64,000 nucleotides of DNA, from contig JAVRCJ020000010.1 of assembly GCA_034530875.2 (NCBI GenBank), positions 128,001 through 192,000 on the forward strand. The letters are read 5' to 3'. Positions within the stretch are counted from its first letter, which is position 1; every line of letters begins with the position of its first letter. A model generated the notes under the pieces. It did not search any database, was not told the DNA's origin, and saw nothing but the letters and a program-made list of their open reading frames with translations. Both the position numbers and the translations under genes were made by a program. The DNA comes from Nostoc sp. DedSLP01 (lineage in GTDB: Bacteria; Cyanobacteriota; Cyanobacteriia; Cyanobacteriales; Nostocaceae). Shown one piece after another: positions 58,691 through 64,000 of this stretch.

Positions 58691-61600
58691 TTATTCAACT
58701 TCAGTTACTATCTCAATTACTTTTCGCTTAACTCTACTTAATTTTTGTTGATGTTTCTCTTTTCGCTTTTCTTCTTGATTCAACTGATATTCTTTATCTG
58801 CTTTGATAATAATTTTTTCTAGTTCGTTTAAATTTATATGAGGATTAGCAACAATTTGAGACAAGATTAGCTCAAAATTATTTACTAATCGGCTTGTGCT
58901 ACTAGCATCAAATAAATCTTTGTTATATTTCAATAACCCAACTATTCCTTGCTCTGTATCGTTTAATTCTAGAAGTAGATCGAATCTTGTTACCGTATTT
59001 TCTAAAACATCCAAACTAGTCAAAGTCAAATCTGAAAGTACCAAAGGATGTGTAGGAGTATTTTGGAGGATAAATTTAACCTGAAATAAAGGAGTTTGGC
59101 TGAAGTCTCTTTTAGGATTAAGAGCAGTAACTAGTTGTTCAAATGGTAAATCTTGGTGAGTATATGCTTCTAGGCAAACTTTACGTATGTGTTGCAAAAA
59201 ATCGGTAAAATTAGGGTTGCCGTATAAGCTACTACGTAACACTAATTGATTAACAAAAAAACCAATTAAACTCTCTATTTCTATTTGATTTCGGTTAGCT
59301 ATATCAGTACCAACAACAATATCTTTATCACCTGTATACCAAGATAATAAAACTTTAAACGTTCCAAGTAACGTCATAAATAACGTCGTACCTAGACTGT
59401 TACTTAGCTTTTTAATTTCTTGGGATAATGTGTGAGACAGTATTAAAGTTTGTCTCCCTTCCAGAAATGTTTTCGCTTCGCCAACTTGAGGAATTGTAGG
59501 TAATTGTAAAACTGGTAAATTCTCTCCTAATTGTTTTTTCCAATATGTAACTAAGGTATCCAATAACTCACCCTGTAAGTACTTTCTTTGCCAAGCGGCA
59601 AAGTCTGCATACTGGATATTTATCTCTGGAAGCGGTGAAGGCAGATCGTGAGAAAAAGCTTCATAAAGTGCTGACAGTTCTCGAATAAGTACTCCTTCTG
59701 ACCAGCCATCAAAGATAATATGATGCATAGTCACTAATAAAATATGTTTCCTAGCTTCCAAGCGTAAAAGAGTTAGCCTTAACAATGGAGCTTGTGTTAA
59801 ATCAAACGGTTGTTGGTAATTTGCTAGTCTTATAGCTTGTATTTGTGTTTCATGCTCGCTGTCAGGTAAATGTCCTAAATCTACTATTGTTAGGGGTATC
59901 TTTAAAGCAGAAGCAATGATTTGGGCCGGTTGACCATTTACAATCTGTAAGGATGTTCGTAAAATTTCATGTCTGCGTACTATTTCATTAATACTTTTCT
60001 CTAAAGCTTTGACATTGAGTAAGCCTTCTAACAGCACTGCACTAGAACCATTGTAAATATATGATTTTGGATCTAGTTGATGTAAAAACCACAATCTCTG
60101 CTGTGCAAAAGATAGCGGTAATTCTATCTCTCGGGAAACTCGTTCAATTGGTGGCAGTGAATTAAATATTAACTGTTTATCTTCGATATTTTTGGATAAT
60201 TTTGCTATTGTCGGCGATTCAAAAATTCGGCGCAACGGTAACTCGATATCAAAATTTTTATTAATCCGAGATATAACTTGGGTTGCTAAGAGTGAGTGTC
60301 CGCCCAATTCAAAAAAGTTGTCGTTGATTCCTAACTTTTCTAAGTCAAGTACTTGCATCCAAATCATCGCCAGTTGTTTTTCGATGGCGGTTTGAGGTGC
60401 AACAAAGTTGTCTGCAAATTCTGAAAGTATTGTATCAAGCGCAGGTAGGGCTTTTCGGTCTACTTTACCATTTGGTGTAAGTGGAAGTGTTTCTAAGATG
60501 ACAAAATTTGTTGGCATCATGTAGCTTGGCAACTTTGACTCCAAAAAGCTACGGACTTGTGAAATTATTAATTTTTGTTCGTTTTCAGCAACTAAATAAG
60601 CGACTATTCTTTGAGAATCTACTGCATCTTTGCGTACTATAACTACAGCTTGTTGAACTCCAGAGTGTTGGTTGAGGAGTGCTTCAATTTCTTGTAATTC
60701 AATACGAAAACCACGAACTTTGACTTGATTATCAATACGACCGATATATTCGATTTCTCCATTTGGTAAATAGCGGGCTAAATCTCCTGTTTTATACAAA
60801 CGCCCAGGTTTTTGACTAAATGGATTTGGTATAAAATTCTGTGCCGTCAACTGTGGACGGTTAAAATAACCTCGTGCAAGTCCATCCCCACCAATATGCA
60901 ATTGACCTGGTACACCCACAGGAACCAACCGATCGTATTCGTCTAAAATGTAAAATTGCGTATTAGCGATCGCACCACTAATCGATATAGTCCTATTGTC
61001 AGTTTCTACCTGAGATGCTGCCGACCAAATAGTAGTTTCTGTGGGGCCGTACATATTCCACAAAGACCCACACCGATGCAATAATTGATTGGCTAACTGT
61101 TCAGGTAAAGCTTCTCCACCACAAAGAATTTTTAATTCCTCGTTACCACTCCAGCCTGCTGTTAAAAGTAGTTGCCAAGTCGCCGGTGTTGCTTGCATAA
61201 CTGTCGCTTTGGAATCAGTTATTTTTGCAGACAATTCAATTCCATCAGCAGCTACTTCGCGGCTCACAATTACCACACGACCACCAACTATGATTGGTAG
61301 AAAAAGTTCTAACGCTGCAATATCAAAGGAATATGTTGTAACTGCAACTAATGTATCTTCCTGAGTTAAACCTGGCGTTTCTTTCATGGAGTACAAAAAG
61401 TTGCTTAAAGCACTGTGAGGAATTTGTACGCCTTTTGGTTTGCCTGTTGAACCAGAGGTATAGATGACATAAGCTAGGTTGTCAAGAGAAAGTTTGGATA
61501 ATAAATTCTCTTGATTTTCTTGGGCAATGTTGTGCCAATCTGCATCTAAACAAATGATTTTAGCTTCATTGTGTGGTATTGCTCCTAAAAGTGATGTTTG

Positions 61601-63415
61601 AGTTAGTAATACTGGGGCTTGAGTTTCTTCTAAAATAAATGCTAATCGCTCAATTGGATAACTCGGGTCTAGTGGAATATATGCTCCGCCTGCTTTGAGG
61701 ATTCCCAACAGCCCGATTAGCATATTTAGGGAACGCTCTACACAAATCCCCACCAATACCTCTGGTTTTACTCCCAGTTGTTGTAAATAATGCCCTAGTT
61801 GATTTGTTCTATTGTTGAGTTCGCGGTAGGTTAATTGTTGGTCTTCAAACACCACCGCTACAGCATCGGGTGTTTTTTCTACTTGCGCTTCAAATAACTC
61901 ATGAATGCACTGTTGAGCATATTCAACTTCTGTATCATTCCACTCCACAAGCAATAGCTGTCGCTCAATATCTGTTAACAGTGGTAACTCTGATAAAAGC
62001 TGCTTTGGATTAGTAACAATTCCTTCTAGCAAAGTCTGCAAATGTCCGAGCATTCTTTGTATAGAGCTTTCATCAAATAAATCAGTGTTGTATTCTAAAT
62101 TCCCTAATAAACCATGAATAGTTTCAGTTAAATATAGAGTTAGATCTAACTTGGCAGTATCGCTATTGCTTTCTAAGAAATTTAAAGTTAAACCAGGCAA
62201 CTCTAAGGCAGATATCGGCGCATTCTGAAGCACAAACATCACTTGAAATAGTGGTGTATGACTTAAGTCTCGCTGTGGTTGCAGTTCTTCAACTAACAAC
62301 TCAAAAGGCAAATCTTGATGGGCGTAAGCTCCTAAAGCTACTTCCCGCACTCGTTTTAGTAACTCTTCAAAGCTGGGATTTCCTGCTAAGTTAGTCCGCA
62401 ATACTAAGGTATTGACAAAAACTCCAATTAACCCTTCTATTTCTGCTCTGTTACGGTTAGCGATGGGCGAACCGACAACAATATCTTCGCTGCCTGTGTA
62501 ACGCCATAATAATGTTTGGAAAGCTGCCAATAGAGTTATAAATAATGTACTTCCTTGTTGTCTGCTGAATTTATTTAAGGAAAAAGAGAGTTTATCCGAT
62601 AGTTTGAATGAGTAAGTCGAACCGCGATAAGTTTGAATTGCTGGTCTTGGACGGTCAGTAGGTAATTCTAATACTTTTGGCGCATTCTTTAACTGCTCAA
62701 GCCAATAAGATAGTTGAGTTTTGAGTACTTCTGTTTGCAGCCATTGTCGTTGCCAAGCTGCGAAGTCTACATACTGTATTGGTAGCGCAGGTAATGGTGA
62801 GGGCTGTCCATTACAAAAAGCTTGATAAAGTGTTGCCAACTCCCGCGCTAGTACATCGATTGACCAACCATCAGAGACGATATGGTGCATTGTCAATAAT
62901 AAGATGTGTTCTTGTTGATCGAGACGTAATAGTTTCACTCTCAGCAGTAAGTCGCTTTTGAGATTGAAAGGTTTTTGTGCTTCTTGAGTAGCTTGTTTTT
63001 TGACTTCTGCTTCTTGTCGATCTAAAGATAAATCGCTAATATCGAGTATTGGTAATATTAAAGATATCGCTTCCGAAATTACAGCGATCGCCTGTCCTTC
63101 TTTTGTTTCAAAATTTGTTCGCAGGGCTTCATGGCGGTTGATAATTTCGTTAAAACTTTGTTCTAGCGCCTTAACATTCAATTGCCCCTCTAGGCGAACA
63201 GCAGCAGGCATATTGTAAAAGGGACTATCTGGTTCTAATTGAGCGAGGAAGTATAAGCGTTCTTGAGCGAATGAGAGTTTATAAAAATCATTCTCTACGA
63301 TACGAAGAATAGTTCCAATTTTTGAAGTGTTTATCCCCTTTTTTTGGAGTAGCAGCTTAAAAAGCTCTTGTTTTTCTGAGGGAAAATTACCTCTATGTGT
63401 CGATGATTCAGCCAT
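58691..63415 (-). CDS. NRPS C-A(Gly predicted)-PCP-C
   Basis: C1 HHIVSDG. By-eye A code DILQLGMIWK. PCP GGHS. C2 HHIIFDG. Confidence 0.93.
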   Translation of the reverse strand: MAESSTHRGNFPSEKQELFKLLLQKKGINTSKIGTILRIVENDFYKLSFAQERLYFLAQLEPDSPFYNMPAAVRLEGQLNVKALEQSFNEIINRHEALRTNFETKEGQAIAVISEAISLILPILDISDLSLDRQEAEVKKQATQEAQKPFNLKSDLLLRVKLLRLDQQEHILLLTMHHIVSDGWSIDVLARELATLYQAFCNGQPSPLPALPIQYVDFAAWQRQWLQTEVLKTQLSYWLEQLKNAPKVLELPTDRPRPAIQTYRGSTYSFKLSDKLSFSLNKFSRQQGSTLFITLLAAFQTLLWRYTGSEDIVVGSPIANRNRAEIEGLIGVFVNTLVLRTNLAGNPSFEELLKRVREVALGAYAHQDLPFELLVEELQPQRDLSHTPLFQVMFVLQNAPISALELPGLTLNFLESNSDTAKLDLTLYLTETIHGLLGNLEYNTDLFDESSIQRMLGHLQTLLEGIVTNPKQLLSELPLLTDIERQLLLVEWNDTEVEYAQQCIHELFEAQVEKTPDAVAVVFEDQQLTYRELNNRTNQLGHYLQQLGVKPEVLVGICVERSLNMLIGLLGILKAGGAYIPLDPSYPIERLAFILEETQAPVLLTQTSLLGAIPHNEAKIICLDADWHNIAQENQENLLSKLSLDNLAYVIYTSGSTGKPKGVQIPHSALSNFLYSMKETPGLTQEDTLVAVTTYSFDIAALELFLPIIVGGRVVIVSREVAADGIELSAKITDSKATVMQATPATWQLLLTAGWSGNEELKILCGGEALPEQLANQLLHRCGSLWNMYGPTETTIWSAASQVETDNRTISISGAIANTQFYILDEYDRLVPVGVPGQLHIGGDGLARGYFNRPQLTAQNFIPNPFSQKPGRLYKTGDLARYLPNGEIEYIGRIDNQVKVRGFRIELQEIEALLNQHSGVQQAVVIVRKDAVDSQRIVAYLVAENEQKLIISQVRSFLESKLPSYMMPTNFVILETLPLTPNGKVDRKALPALDTILSEFADNFVAPQTAIEKQLAMIWMQVLDLEKLGINDNFFELGGHSLLATQVISRINKNFDIELPLRRIFESPTIAKLSKNIEDKQLIFNSLPPIERVSREIELPLSFAQQRLWFLHQLDPKSYIYNGSSAVLLEGLLNVKALEKSINEIVRRHEILRTSLQIVNGQPAQIIASALKIPLTIVDLGHLPDSEHETQIQAIRLANYQQPFDLTQAPLLRLTLLRLEARKHILLVTMHHIIFDGWSEGVLIRELSALYEAFSHDLPSPLPEINIQYADFAAWQRKYLQGELLDTLVTYWKKQLGENLPVLQLPTIPQVGEAKTFLEGRQTLILSHTLSQEIKKLSNSLGTTLFMTLLGTFKVLLSWYTGDKDIVVGTDIANRNQIEIESLIGFFVNQLVLRSSLYGNPNFTDFLQHIRKVCLEAYTHQDLPFEQLVTALNPKRDFSQTPLFQVKFILQNTPTHPLVLSDLTLTSLDVLENTVTRFDLLLELNDTEQGIVGLLKYNKDLFDASSTSRLVNNFELILSQIVANPHINLNELEKIIIKADKEYQLNQEEKRKEKHQQKLSRVKRKVIEIVTEVE

Positions 63416-63430
63416 ATTTTAACCTCACTT

Positions 63431-64000
63431 CTACGCCAAGCTTTCAATCAATAAAGCATTCTCTGATAGAGGTTCTATTGGTCGATAATCACGGCTTACA
63501 AGAAACTCCGGTCGGGGATTTGGTACAGGTAAAGGAATATTTTCAATACTGTTGTAAGTAACAATTACAACTGCTCTGTCAAACGGAGATATGTTACTCG
63601 GTGAAGCATGAACAATATTGCTATCAAATAATAGCACTGAGCCTGCCGAAGCTTTGATAGAGCAAATTCCATACTTTAATACTAAATCAGCAACCAACTC
63701 TTTATTAAGAGAATACTTTAGTTTTGCACTAAAATTTGACATCCATGCCGGACGTTCTGTTTTAGCTATAGGCTGATTGCTTGTATTTGGGTCTACAATT
63801 TCAATCATCCCTTCCTTGTGTGAACCAGGAATCACAAATAGTGGTCCGTTAAATTCATTCATGTCATCCAATAATACAAGGGCATTCACCACTCGTGGTG
63901 TTGGCAAACCATCTTCTTTACGCCAAAAAATGTAGTCTTGATGCCATTCCCAAATGTCTCCCCTAAATGCAGCCTTCGCATTAATTTTGAACTGGTAGAT
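63431..64000 (-). CDS. PhyH-family Fe(II)/2OG dioxygenase, L-proline trans-4-hydroxylase-like (5' end outside the window)
   Basis: The frame is open to base 64000 and reads YQFKINAKAAFRGDIWEWHQDYIFWRKEDG...NGPLFVIPGSH...FDSNIVHAS...TYN...PRPEFL. Confidence 0.8.
   Translation of the reverse strand: MYQFKINAKAAFRGDIWEWHQDYIFWRKEDGLPTPRVVNALVLLDDMNEFNGPLFVIPGSHKEGMIEIVDPNTSNQPIAKTERPAWMSNFSAKLKYSLNKELVADLVLKYGICSIKASAGSVLLFDSNIVHASPSNISPFDRAVVIVTYNSIENIPLPVPNPRPEFLVSRDYRPIEPLSENALLIESLA

Larger units (their letters stand above)
1..64000. repeat. HIP1 octamer GCGATCGC, frequent throughout (cyanobacterial signature)
   Basis: Examples at 1142, 2370, 5523, 10313, 42380 and 60966. It is present in the accessory, housekeeping and BGC segments. 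Confidence 0.9.

Noticed and set aside
11418..63218. Numerous 60-140 aa ORFs antisense to or nested in lnt, gyrA and the BGC genes
   Set aside because: Shadow ORFs of long, well-supported genes.
46000..64000. Ectoine/hydroxyectoine pathway (EctB plus an EctD-like dioxygenase)
   Set aside because: No ectA or ectC is in the window. EctB sits directly before a Dab-type A domain, and the dioxygenase looks more like a proline hydroxylase.
16381..64000. Assignment to a known cluster (anachelin, cyanochelin, microcystin, laxaphycin types)
   Set aside because: No cyclisation or full epimerization domains, no Ser/Thr/Cys modules, and no DH or AMT domains are visible. The module order matches none that I can recall. 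The upstream part is missing.
1..64000. CRISPR array, tRNA/rRNA genes, transposase or integrase genes
   Set aside because: I saw no regularly spaced repeat-spacer units, RNA-gene signatures or recombinase ORFs.

Overview
AT-rich DNA with frequent HIP1 octamers (GCGATCGC) and short tandem and dispersed repeats, most likely from a filamentous Nostocales-type cyanobacterium. It has three parts. (1) 1-10.9 kb is accessory DNA: the end of a GNAT-like gene, an orphan devC, a nadR-pnuC nicotinamide-riboside salvage pair, several MITE/REP-like repeats, and a + strand run of five genes. That run encodes a ModA-like protein with a PEP-CTERM tail, a WcaI-like glycosyltransferase, a canonical ModA, an untagged CBM-like protein and its PEP-CTERM-tagged paralog. 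No modBC is present, and an unannotated PEP-CTERM gene remnant follows on the - strand. (2) 11.2-15.5 kb holds the housekeeping genes gyrA and lnt. (3) 16.4-64 kb is the 3' part of a large - strand hybrid NRPS-PKS cluster that runs off the right edge. Its visible assembly line reads ...Gly - (beta-OH)Asn - ketide - Dab - ketide - ketide - ketide - beta-Ala - TE(Cys). It carries its own monomer-supply enzymes (DABA aminotransferase, PanP-type Asp decarboxylase, proline-4-hydroxylase-like dioxygenase), TauD and JmjC oxygenases, two P450s with non-canonical I-helices, an SDR lacking its catalytic Tyr, a methyltransferase, MbtH and a MATE exporter. Several domain-deletion scars are visible (lost E, lost KR, dead AT, half C domain). 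I cannot match the cluster to a known compound. All motif and specificity calls were read by eye and have not been checked against databases.
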